IMG/VR virus record: IMGVR_UViG_3300042516_002090
Location: 2,578-66,577 of that record
DNA: 64,000 nt
Direction: 5' to 3' (one strand)
From: a virus
Shown here: one piece after another, positions 1-7,489 of the stretch
Layout of the letters: each line of letters opens with the position of its first letter
How positions within the stretch are numbered: the stretch's first letter is position 1
The notes under the pieces: generated by a model
What the model saw: the letters and a program-made list of their open reading frames with translations, nothing else
Database searches by the model: none
What the model was told of the DNA's origin: nothing
Position numbers and translations under genes: made by a program

Positions 1-97
1 AATTAAAACTCGAAATTAAGGCAATCGCCAATGGTGACTTTTCAAGCGAATTAAAGGCAATTAGCGAATAAATCATAAACAAATAAATCCAGTACAA

Positions 98-469
98 ATG
101 AAAATTACATTCACAAACGAAGAATCACAGCAACATTTCTTGTCTGCAATGTGCAACGGCCTTGGTTACATTTCCGATTACGGCCTTCAATTAAGTTACA
201 AAGAAGCAGAGTACAAATCTGCAAAAAAGAAGCTAGAATCCCCATGTTGGGAGGACGTACTGCTTCAGATTCTTATCGACGGCAATTCCCTATCCCTTTA
301 TGATGGTAATGACGACGTGACGCACACCATTACAATTCAAGACGTATACAATCGCTTGCCGGAAACACCAATGCGACATCTAATGGACATGGTAAATCAG
401 CAAGATGATGCAGTTACTGCGGATGTAATACTTCAAACAATATTCCTTGAGGAAGTAATCTACGGCTAA
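98..469 (+). CDS. hypothetical early protein
   Basis: 123-aa ORF with A-rich leader, on the early-gene strand. Confidence 0.8.
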   Translation: MKITFTNEESQQHFLSAMCNGLGYISDYGLQLSYKEAEYKSAKKKLESPCWEDVLLQILIDGNSLSLYDGNDDVTHTITIQDVYNRLPETPMRHLMDMVNQQDDAVTADVILQTIFLEEVIYG

Positions 470-522
470 GGTTAACTGACGATGGCTTTATTAGCCGAAA
501 CTGCCTTCGGGCAGTCTTAACC
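470..522 (+). ncRNA. type I hammerhead ribozyme
   Basis: GGUUAA-CUGACGA-U-[GGCU uuauu AGCC]-GAAA-[CUGCC uucg GGCAG]-UC-UUAACC: all three stems pair, full core present, predicted GUC cleavage after 516. Confidence 0.92.
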
Positions 523-538
523 ACAAAAAACAATTCAA

Positions 539-706
539 ATGAAAAAGGCAGTTATTTTTTTGGTAGTGTTCATTGCATCACTATTTCTAGCATCAGAATT
601 CGACAAGGAAGTACTACTTATCGAGTGTGTACAAGAAACGCAAGGTAGCGACGCGGACTGCGAAGAATGCTACGTTAAAGTATATGGTAAACCTTCAAAC
701 GATTAA
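539..706 (+). CDS. small secreted or membrane protein (55 aa, not in ORF track)
   Basis: Hand translation MKKAVIFLVVFIASLFLASEFDKEVLLIEC...DCEECYVKVYGKPSND*; signal-peptide-like N-terminus. Confidence 0.7.
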   Translation: MKKAVIFLVVFIASLFLASEFDKEVLLIECVQETQGSDADCEECYVKVYGKPSND

Positions 707-710
707 ACAC

Positions 711-830
711 ATGAAAGAAGAAACACTTATCGCATTGCTCAATTATATCGAGTACTGGACTTCCGATGATCATGAAAGAAGTCAGATGAAGCAAGCCCTA
801 ATCGATTTCATAAACGAAGTACATCAATAA
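711..830 (+). CDS. small hypothetical protein (39 aa)
   Basis: ATG 4 nt after upstream stop; in frame with track ORF 627..830. Confidence 0.55.
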   Translation: MKEETLIALLNYIEYWTSDDHERSQMKQALIDFINEVHQ

Positions 831-851
831 ACAATTAATACAATAAACAAG

Positions 852-1364
852 ATGACAACTCATCAACAAAACATCATCGACTCTTTAGTCGCAGAATTCA
901 ACAGAATCAACACACCAATCCCTAATGGATTCGCTCGAATCGGCGAGGCACTCGAACATTGTGACGAATGGAATTGCCTTGTAGCTGGAGTAAGAGCATG
1001 CAACGCAAGGTTTGAATACCTACGCGAGGAAATGATTGAAACCGATTTCTTTCGACTTAAGGAAGAATGTAGGCTTGCCGGGCTTGATGGTATTCGCATC
1101 ACGATGGGCGACGATTATATCGCGCTCGATGTAGATGGTGATTGGATTCACACGGATGATAGAATTACAATCTACTACAGATTCGAAAGGAAGCACCATA
1201 GCAGTAGTACAAACAAATCGATTGATGAATTCAAACAAATCCGAATTCATTCATATCAGGCCTCATCTACTTACGCGGATGACTTCGCGTCCATAGACAG
1301 CTTGTTTCAACACGGCACATTCTTCCGCAATTGGACGAAACTCATAGAAAAGTCACGCAAATAA
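852..1364 (+). CDS. hypothetical protein
   Basis: 170-aa ORF, leader ACAATAAACAAG-ATG. Confidence 0.8.
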   Translation: MTTHQQNIIDSLVAEFNRINTPIPNGFARIGEALEHCDEWNCLVAGVRACNARFEYLREEMIETDFFRLKEECRLAGLDGIRITMGDDYIALDVDGDWIHTDDRITIYYRFERKHHSSSTNKSIDEFKQIRIHSYQASSTYADDFASIDSLFQHGTFFRNWTKLIEKSRK

Positions 1365-1389
1365 TTAAACTCAATAAACAATAAACAAG

Positions 1390-1656
1390 ATGTTACATAA
1401 CGAACACCTATCGAAAGCAGACGAGTCATACGAAATTCGTCACGACAACAATGGCAATGCTATTCACGTCTACATTAAAGATGGCGAAGCCATCATCTTC
1501 CCTACACTTCATGACTTTGTAATGCGTGTATACTACGGACAAGACGTTGAACGTTTCTACCTAGAAGAGGATAGCCTATCCGCTATGTACGACGAGTCAG
1601 CATATGACTACTACACGCTGAAAGGCCAATACTATGTCGAATCCATCAACAATTAA
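1390..1656 (+). CDS. hypothetical protein
   Basis: 88-aa ORF, same leader ACAATAAACAAG-ATG. Confidence 0.8.
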   Translation: MLHNEHLSKADESYEIRHDNNGNAIHVYIKDGEAIIFPTLHDFVMRVYYGQDVERFYLEEDSLSAMYDESAYDYYTLKGQYYVESINN

Positions 1657-1667
1657 ACACAACTCAG

Positions 1668-1901
1668 ATGAAAATTCTATTCTTCGCGACAATGCTTGTC
1701 GCACATCAGCACTCAGCTGAAATGAAATTCCGTGAAATGCAAGACGATGGATTAATCGTGTACGAAGGTGACGACATCGATACTGGCAATGCCATGTTTA
1801 CCATCATGCTTCCTGATACGACTATTAACTATGCGTACAAAGGTGAAGTAATGGAATACATCAGCACCGGGACATTCGAGTATAATGACTTCTTAAAATA
1901 A
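1668..1901 (+). CDS. hypothetical protein
   Basis: 77-aa ORF in tightly packed operon. Confidence 0.7.
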   Translation: MKILFFATMLVAHQHSAEMKFREMQDDGLIVYEGDDIDTGNAMFTIMLPDTTINYAYKGEVMEYISTGTFEYNDFLK

Positions 1902-1906
1902 ACACC

Positions 1907-2104
1907 ATGAACATAATGAACAGCGACGAAAAATTCAAAATCTACGACCGCGTAATGGCAGTCATAGTAATCATTGCAGTAGTGGCAATGCTACTTACAT
2001 CATGCACAACATCACGTCACTCAGGCTATCAAGACCATCTGAGAAGCACCCACCACACTAATTGGGTAAAGCAAGACAACGGTGGCTGTGGATGGCATAA
2101 TTAA
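1907..2104 (+). CDS. small putative lipoprotein
   Basis: Hydrophobic stretch ending LLTS-C (lipobox-like). Confidence 0.6.
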   Translation: MNIMNSDEKFKIYDRVMAVIVIIAVVAMLLTSCTTSRHSGYQDHLRSTHHTNWVKQDNGGCGWHN

Positions 2105-2123
2105 CCCTTAAAACTAAAACGAA

Positions 2124-2462
2124 ATGGGATTCTTTTCATTCAAAACTCAAGACACCAATCGGAGTATACCAAGCCGATACAGCTGTCGCAAAACATTCAA
2201 AGTGTTCATGCACGATAACGCTGGCAATGTTTACCCTGAGACCAACTACGAAGGCTACGGCACGTTTGGAGGCATGGACTACTATGAACTGCTTGCAAAA
2301 ATGAACGGCCTTGCGGATCGATATGACGCGATTCGAGCATACTGCGACAAGACTGATGGATTACTTTATCCAAACCTAACCGAGTCAGAGGACTGGCAAT
2401 GGCGCAACGAACGGACAAGCGAATGTCCTAACCAAGGCTACTTCTACGACTCAGCAAATTAA
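2124..2462 (+). CDS. phage hypothetical protein
   Basis: 112 aa, MGFFSF...YEGYGTFGGMDYYELLA...PNQG motif pattern. Confidence 0.8.
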   Translation: MGFFSFKTQDTNRSIPSRYSCRKTFKVFMHDNAGNVYPETNYEGYGTFGGMDYYELLAKMNGLADRYDAIRAYCDKTDGLLYPNLTESEDWQWRNERTSECPNQGYFYDSAN

Positions 2463-2475
2463 CAACTCTTAACAA

Positions 2476-2509
2476 GTGGGTGCAGTATTTAAACTTATAT
2501 TGCACCCAC
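2476..2509 (+). other. intergenic 13-bp hairpin
   Basis: GTGGGTGCAGTAT-ttaaactt-ATATTGCACCCAC, no long U tract. Confidence 0.6.
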
Positions 2510-2529
2510 ATTTAAACACTAACAGCGTC

Positions 2530-2724
2530 ATGAAGAAAGAAACAATTACCAATCACAAGCCTATTTCAGAAGATGTCGCCGACTCAATTAAGGCATTGTT
2601 GCCCGAATCGCTTTGGGTTACGGACTTCGCAAAGGCAGTCGCGCACATACTTGCTGACGAGTATGGCGAACACAACTACGAAACGTTTATCGACGAATTA
2701 AAAAAACAGCTAAACAATAAATAA
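2530..2724 (+). CDS. hypothetical protein
   Basis: ATG 2530 in frame with track ORF, downstream of the hairpin. Confidence 0.7.
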   Translation: MKKETITNHKPISEDVADSIKALLPESLWVTDFAKAVAHILADEYGEHNYETFIDELKKQLNNK

Positions 2725-2738
2725 AAACAAAAACAGCT

Positions 2739-3233
2739 ATGGCAAACATGTGCTACAATTATGTTACCTGTACTGGGAGTGCAGAGAGCATTGCAAAACT
2801 GAAACAAACCTTACTAGATGGCCGTGAATACATGCGGACGCATCTTCAAGCAACAGACCTAGGAGTCGACCTACAAGAGGGCGCATTCTTCGAAATTGAA
2901 ATAGGCGACGAGACTGATTGCAGTCTGCAATTCAGCTACGAAACAAAGTGGGCGCCAAATCTGCTCGACCTAGCAGAAGTGTGCAAGATGCACAACGTAT
3001 CAGCAGTAAACGAGTACACCGAGTGTGGATTCGAAATCTACGGCAAGGCCACAATTACACCTGATGGATTGGTCGACGACGACGAAGTACCGGGTGACTT
3101 CCTTGAACTGATTGAGTATATCGAGGACGAGGGATGCTACGAATACAATGGCATTCAGCATGAGACGATAGGCGACGCAATTGAAGAACACTATGAAGAA
3201 TGGAAGAAATCACAACCAAAAACTACAAACTAA
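2739..3233 (+). CDS. DUF1281/YubB ferredoxin-like domain protein
   Basis: MANMCYN start and F-x-Y-E-T-K-W-A-P motif resemble the family. Confidence 0.6.
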   Translation: MANMCYNYVTCTGSAESIAKLKQTLLDGREYMRTHLQATDLGVDLQEGAFFEIEIGDETDCSLQFSYETKWAPNLLDLAEVCKMHNVSAVNEYTECGFEIYGKATITPDGLVDDDEVPGDFLELIEYIEDEGCYEYNGIQHETIGDAIEEHYEEWKKSQPKTTN

Positions 3234-3478
3234 TGGAAGATATCATGAAGGACTTCACCAAGCAACTCAAGAGGAGGTTGCTAGGCAAAAAGATTGTTGC
3301 AATCAGATACATGAGCGACAAGGAAAAAACCTTGTTCGGATGGCACAGCAAGCCATTAATTATCATTCTTGACGATAACACGTTTTTGATACCTCAGGCC
3401 GACGACGAGGGGAATGATGGAGGTGCATTAGCTATGGTCAATGGTCAAGAGTTTAACGTAATACCAGTAACCTATTAA
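3233..3478 (+). CDS. hypothetical protein
   Basis: TAATG coupling to upstream gene; DDEGNDGGAL motif. Confidence 0.75.
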   Translation: MEDIMKDFTKQLKRRLLGKKIVAIRYMSDKEKTLFGWHSKPLIIILDDNTFLIPQADDEGNDGGALAMVNGQEFNVIPVTY

Positions 3479-3491
3479 TCCAATAAGAGTC

Positions 3492-3764
3492 ATGAAAGAT
3501 ATCACATCATTTCACCACTATGGTTTTGCCGAATGGCTAAACGAGGCTTGCAAAGAGCAAGAGAATCAAACCCTAAACGTAAGAGTCTACTACGACGACG
3601 TCGAAGAGTGCTACTACATCGACATTCACAATGCTGATGATCTAGATGAGTTTAATGCACTAGAGTCCTTCCACTATATAGACGTGCCGGAAATACAGCA
3701 CGACGTAGCGGAGGCAATGAATCAATTTCCAATTCACATAAATCTAATTCGCAATGACAACTGA
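3492..3764 (+). CDS. hypothetical protein
   Basis: 90-aa ORF in operon. Confidence 0.7.
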   Translation: MKDITSFHHYGFAEWLNEACKEQENQTLNVRVYYDDVEECYYIDIHNADDLDEFNALESFHYIDVPEIQHDVAEAMNQFPIHINLIRNDN

Positions 3765-3945
3765 AGAAGAAGTAATTGAATTCATCCAACGCACAATCAT
3801 GGACGAATGGCGAGTGGTCATGAAGTATGAAGCCCAACTTAAAAAGCCGGAATGGGAAGGCGACAAAATCATTCAGGACTGCGTAGATAATGCCAAGGAG
3901 CGCATCAAAATTTTTACAATAATCTTAAACAAGTTTGAACAATGA
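3754..3945 (+). CDS. hypothetical protein
   Basis: 63-aa ORF overlapping both neighbours. Confidence 0.7.
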   Translation: MTTEEEVIEFIQRTIMDEWRVVMKYEAQLKKPEWEGDKIIQDCVDNAKERIKIFTIILNKFEQ

Positions 3946-4292
3946 AATACCACAACTATGACGATTGGAAACTATCCAACCCCGACGACGATGGCCACTA
4001 CATCGAAGATACCGACGCCATTCAAGAGGACGTCTACTTCAAGTACCTTCACAATCGTGACAGACGCTGGGCATACGGAGTGATAAACAAGGACGGGTAT
4101 TCAATTACCATTACAAAGTACACATCGATTCCGGCCATCGACGTTGATTGGATGGACGCCACCGAGTTTAATCAGAACGACGAGACTAGCCGCTTGCGTA
4201 TACACTACAAGCAATTCACCTTCATTGACAGGGACGAGTTCGTCGAGGCGTACAAGGATGCCATAAACCAACTAAACAAAGTAATGCTGTGA
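3942..4292 (+). CDS. hypothetical protein
   Basis: ATGA coupling; YDDWKLSNP N-terminal motif. Confidence 0.75.
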   Translation: MKYHNYDDWKLSNPDDDGHYIEDTDAIQEDVYFKYLHNRDRRWAYGVINKDGYSITITKYTSIPAIDVDWMDATEFNQNDETSRLRIHYKQFTFIDRDEFVEAYKDAINQLNKVML

Positions 4293-4357
4293 GAAGGCTC
4301 TTGGACAGCATAGTGTTTACCCTAATGATGTGGCTCTTAAAAGATATAGACAAATGA
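4289..4357 (+). CDS. 22-aa hydrophobic micro-ORF
   Basis: GTGA overlap upstream and ATGA overlap downstream; MRRLLDSIVFTLMMWLLKDIDK*. Confidence 0.45.
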   Translation: MRRLLDSIVFTLMMWLLKDIDK

Positions 4358-4674
4358 TAATAGACTATCGTACTGGCGACGACATCGTCGCAATCAAAGA
4401 CCATTCACAGGGTGTGTTCCTCAAAGGGGATGTGTTCACGGCCATGGCTCTGCAAAGAAACAGCTGTGGATGCATTCTCGTTGTGGACATCGGATTGAAA
4501 TCTGACAGGCCATTTACCAAGTGTCCTGTGTGCGACATGAACGACGAGAAGACCGACAACGTGTGGTGGGTTGACGCCCGTGCGTTTCGCAAGCTGCTGA
4601 CTAAATCAGAGGAGGCCGACCTCGCGGACGTGCTTGCCGGGGTGTTCTCTGAGGAACTAAATAGTCTTAATTAG
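4354..4674 (+). CDS. hypothetical Zn-binding protein
   Basis: CGC and CPVC pairs; ATG 4354 in frame with track ORF. Confidence 0.7.
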   Translation: MIIDYRTGDDIVAIKDHSQGVFLKGDVFTAMALQRNSCGCILVVDIGLKSDRPFTKCPVCDMNDEKTDNVWWVDARAFRKLLTKSEEADLADVLAGVFSEELNSLN

Positions 4675-4685
4675 ATTGGGATCAA

Positions 4686-4714
4686 TTGATACCATTGAAG
4701 TTACACTATATTTG
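4686..4714 (+). promoter_or_regulatory. Bacteroidota-type promoter
   Basis: TTG(4686)-N18-TATATTTG(4707-4714), 8 nt before ATG 4723. Confidence 0.65.
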
Positions 4715-4722
4715 CAATCTAA

Positions 4723-4920
4723 ATGACAAAGCTATTTAAAACTAAAGATGGGTATGAGGTTGTCAAACATTCGCGTGACGTTTATGCAATCGTAGGCAAG
4801 CGCGTGAAGTACATAGGCAAGGTCTCAGCCAACTACCAGTCAAGCGGACGACTGCTCAAGAGTATACCAAACGAAATCAAAACAATCTTTTTTAACATTC
4901 AACGAAATGAAGAGAACTAA
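4723..4920 (+). CDS. hypothetical basic protein
   Basis: 65-aa ORF after promoter. Confidence 0.7.
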   Translation: MTKLFKTKDGYEVVKHSRDVYAIVGKRVKYIGKVSANYQSSGRLLKSIPNEIKTIFFNIQRNEEN

Positions 4921-5212
4921 ATTTTCAATTGACGTAATCAGCGACGTTTACGATGGTTACACGAACGGACAACGGTGGAACGGATGGGAAATGCCATACC
5001 TGAGCAAGGCGGAGGTAATGCGCTTCCTTGCAACCGAGGCATTCGACGAGGACAGCGCGACCACATTCCGGTGGGAAGGTGAAACACTTATCGAAACCGA
5101 CCGAGACGAGCAATGTAGCGACGTCGTGCCGACAACCACCATCGACGGCCAAACCTACTACCGAATCGGAAACGGCTGGGTGTGGGAAGAAGTAAAAACA
5201 ACTTACAATTAA
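4907..5212 (+). CDS. hypothetical protein
   Basis: 101 aa, RWNGWxxP and IGNGWVW motifs. Confidence 0.75.
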   Translation: MKRTKFSIDVISDVYDGYTNGQRWNGWEMPYLSKAEVMRFLATEAFDEDSATTFRWEGETLIETDRDEQCSDVVPTTTIDGQTYYRIGNGWVWEEVKTTYN

Positions 5213-5222
5213 ATAAATCAAC

Positions 5223-6218
5223 ATGAATTGGAACCTCCAACAACTATGGAATGAATGCGTTTATTCCCAACAACGTGCGCTAGAGCCACGAGACTACTGC
5301 TATGCATCTGAAATCGGACAGCCCCTCGTTGACCGATACCTCAAGATGAAGGCCGTTACACCAACCAATCCACCAAACATGAGAAGCCTCCGCAAGTTTG
5401 AAGCGGGTAACCTTGTCGAGTGGGTAGTTCGATACGTCCTTGAACGTGCCGGGCTGATCAACAATACACAAGAGCGTGTGATGGTTGAGTATCCGAATAT
5501 GCTCAAGGTATCGGGTCGATTAGACTTCCTTGCGGGTGGCAAGATTGACATCGAACGTGCCAAGCAAGACATCACATCGTCTCATCTGCCTGAGTCTATC
5601 CAAGCATCCTCCCTATACATCGCAGAGAAACTATATGAGAAGTTTGGTGACAAGGAGCTAGAGAAGAAAGTGCTAGAGATTAAATCGTGTTCATCCTTCG
5701 TAATGGACATGATGGAAAAGACCGAGAAACCGATTAAGCACCACAGACTTCAGCTGTTCCACTACATGAAGGGACTCGGACTCAATGGGGAGTTAGTATA
5801 CATCTGCAAGGACGACCTCCGAATGATGTGCTTCCAGTACGAGCCATCAGCTGAACTAGAGGCCGAGTACATCGCAGACCTTGAGAGAATAACAATCTTC
5901 TTCAACAACTCCGTTAGACCACCACTAGAACCGCTCATTGTGGTCGAAGATGGCAAGTTCAAGAAGAACTTCGGCATCGAGTATTCAAACTATCTGAAGT
6001 TCCTATACGACTTCGAAGAGCCACGCGACTACGCTGACTCAGTTAAGTCTCAGGTCGCACGCTGGACTCGTGTGGTTGCCCGATACGCTAAAGGCGAGAA
6101 GATAACCGCAAAGAATGAGGAGGTACGAGCAGAGATTGAGTTAGCCGGATACAACTTCGATAAAATAGTAGAACAAGCCAAGAAGTTTGGCGTAACTGAA
6201 GAAGAAGAAGAAATTTAA
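5223..6218 (+). CDS. PD-(D/E)XK exonuclease (Cas4/lambda-exo-like recombination nuclease)
   Basis: YASEIG, SGRLD, LEIKS and QLFHY motifs in canonical order. Confidence 0.8.
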   Translation: MNWNLQQLWNECVYSQQRALEPRDYCYASEIGQPLVDRYLKMKAVTPTNPPNMRSLRKFEAGNLVEWVVRYVLERAGLINNTQERVMVEYPNMLKVSGRLDFLAGGKIDIERAKQDITSSHLPESIQASSLYIAEKLYEKFGDKELEKKVLEIKSCSSFVMDMMEKTEKPIKHHRLQLFHYMKGLGLNGELVYICKDDLRMMCFQYEPSAELEAEYIADLERITIFFNNSVRPPLEPLIVVEDGKFKKNFGIEYSNYLKFLYDFEEPRDYADSVKSQVARWTRVVARYAKGEKITAKNEEVRAEIELAGYNFDKIVEQAKKFGVTEEEEEI

Positions 6219-6230
6219 TAATTAAACCAA

Positions 6231-6449
6231 ATGAAAATACAAATCGAAACCAAGTTCTCCATAGGAGACACAATCTTTTTCATCGAGGATGACAAGATTA
6301 AATTCGGGGTAATGTACAAGATGGAAATTACTATCGAAGAACACGAACACAGAACGTATCTATTTGCGCGAGACCAAGACAGAAATGCTTCGGTAGTGCC
6401 GGAAAGAAGAGCGTTCATATCAAGAGAACAACTAATCCAATCCCTATGA
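6231..6449 (+). CDS. hypothetical protein
   Basis: 72 aa, ETKFSIGDTIFF motif. Confidence 0.75.
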   Translation: MKIQIETKFSIGDTIFFIEDDKIKFGVMYKMEITIEEHEHRTYLFARDQDRNASVVPERRAFISREQLIQSL

Positions 6450-6679
6450 AAATTCAAATCGAAAAGGGTGTGCCTGCACCCAAGCAAACCACAAGATCAG
6501 GCAAGTACCCATTCAGGGACATGGTAGTAGGCGACTCCTTCTTTATCAAGGACGAAGACCCTGAGCCTATACGCAAGAAGATATCAGCGGCCGCTTGTAT
6601 GTTCTGCAAGAAGAACGATGACTACAAATTCAAGACCCAGGTCTTCGATACCGGGGTCAGAGTGTGGAGGATACAATGA
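6446..6679 (+). CDS. small phage protein, possibly DNA-binding
   Basis: IEKGVPAP...KYPFRDMVVGDSFFI...GVRVWR pattern. Confidence 0.7.
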   Translation: MKIQIEKGVPAPKQTTRSGKYPFRDMVVGDSFFIKDEDPEPIRKKISAAACMFCKKNDDYKFKTQVFDTGVRVWRIQ

Positions 6680-7110
6680 AGCACAGCGCAGTAATTACAC
6701 CACAGGGGGCATTGCGAATCTACAATCGCCCCCTCTTCGAAGAGGAAGTCAGAGCCATGTCCCGTGAAAAGGACTTGGCTGTGACCATCGAAGTCAAACT
6801 GAAGAAGCGTTTCCGCTCGGACGTGCAGAACGCATACTACTGGGGCGTGGTCGTGGCCATGATATCGCAGAGACTACGCGAGCTTGGACACGATGTTGAC
6901 CGAGACCTCACGCATGAGTTCCTCAAGGGAAGGTTTCTCTACACGGAGTTTACCGACCCAACATCCGGCGAGGTAATGAAGATTCCACGCAAAACGTCGG
7001 AGCTTGCAACGGAAGAATTTATGGAATACGTTGAACACGTCAAGCAGTTTGCGGCTGAGACGTTGGACATTTATATTCCTGACCCGAACGAGCAACTTGA
7101 GATAGGTTAA
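6676..7110 (+). CDS. NinB/Orf-like recombination protein
   Basis: RSDVQNAYYWGVV...TSELATEEFMEYVE...IYIPDP. Confidence 0.65.
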   Translation: MKHSAVITPQGALRIYNRPLFEEEVRAMSREKDLAVTIEVKLKKRFRSDVQNAYYWGVVVAMISQRLRELGHDVDRDLTHEFLKGRFLYTEFTDPTSGEVMKIPRKTSELATEEFMEYVEHVKQFAAETLDIYIPDPNEQLEIG

Positions 7111-7309
7111 ACCTTGGACACATTCAAAAGAAAAGACAGAGAAAAGAAACAAGTCAAGAAGAAACCTAAAGAGAAGAAAAGAAAAAGCCTCCCCCCGTGA
7201 AAAACAAACTACCCCGCCCCACAAAGGGGCAGCTACCCGATCCAACATACTCACGTATGAAGTTTGCCTCTTGCACCGACAGGGCTGATTCGGATGATGG
7301 GGAACGGGT

Positions 7310-7409
7310 AAAAAAAAAGCCCTCGTCTGGCGGACCGAGGGCAATTCTGAGTAAGGTTTTAATCTTACCTCCCACATTACACTGCCGCCAAACACTGTAA
7401 TGTGAGAAC
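7310..7409 (-). ncRNA. kissing-loop small RNA A
   Basis: Own promoter; 13-bp hairpin with loop UUUGGCGG, small GUAAG/CUUAC hairpin, terminator GCCCUCG-GUCCGCCAGA-CGAGGGC-U9. Confidence 0.75.
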
Positions 7410-7413
7410 GCAA

Positions 7414-7485
7414 CAAAAGTATGACTACAAAAATGTAGAAGTCAAAAAAAATAATTGCAATAAACCATCACACGAGTTATCTTTG
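7414..7485. promoter_or_regulatory. divergent Bacteroidota-type promoters
   Basis: - strand TTTG(7446-7443)-N21-TACTTTTG(7421-7414); + strand TTG(7455)-N20-TATCTTTG(7478-7485). Confidence 0.8.
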
Positions 7486-7489
7486 TAAT

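Noticed and set aside
4354-4674. Shared C-terminal S-x-N ending (SLN here, SAN at 2462 and 60906)
   Set aside because: Too few and too short to distinguish from chance without a proteome-wide count
5223-6218. CRISPR-associated Cas4
   Set aside because: Lacks the four-Cys Fe-S pattern and cas context; sits among recombination genes
6874-7416. 180-aa - strand ORF, plus ORFs 7166..7375 and 7197..7400
   Set aside because: Cross a strong terminator and low-complexity tract, with no protein motifs; better explained as structured RNA
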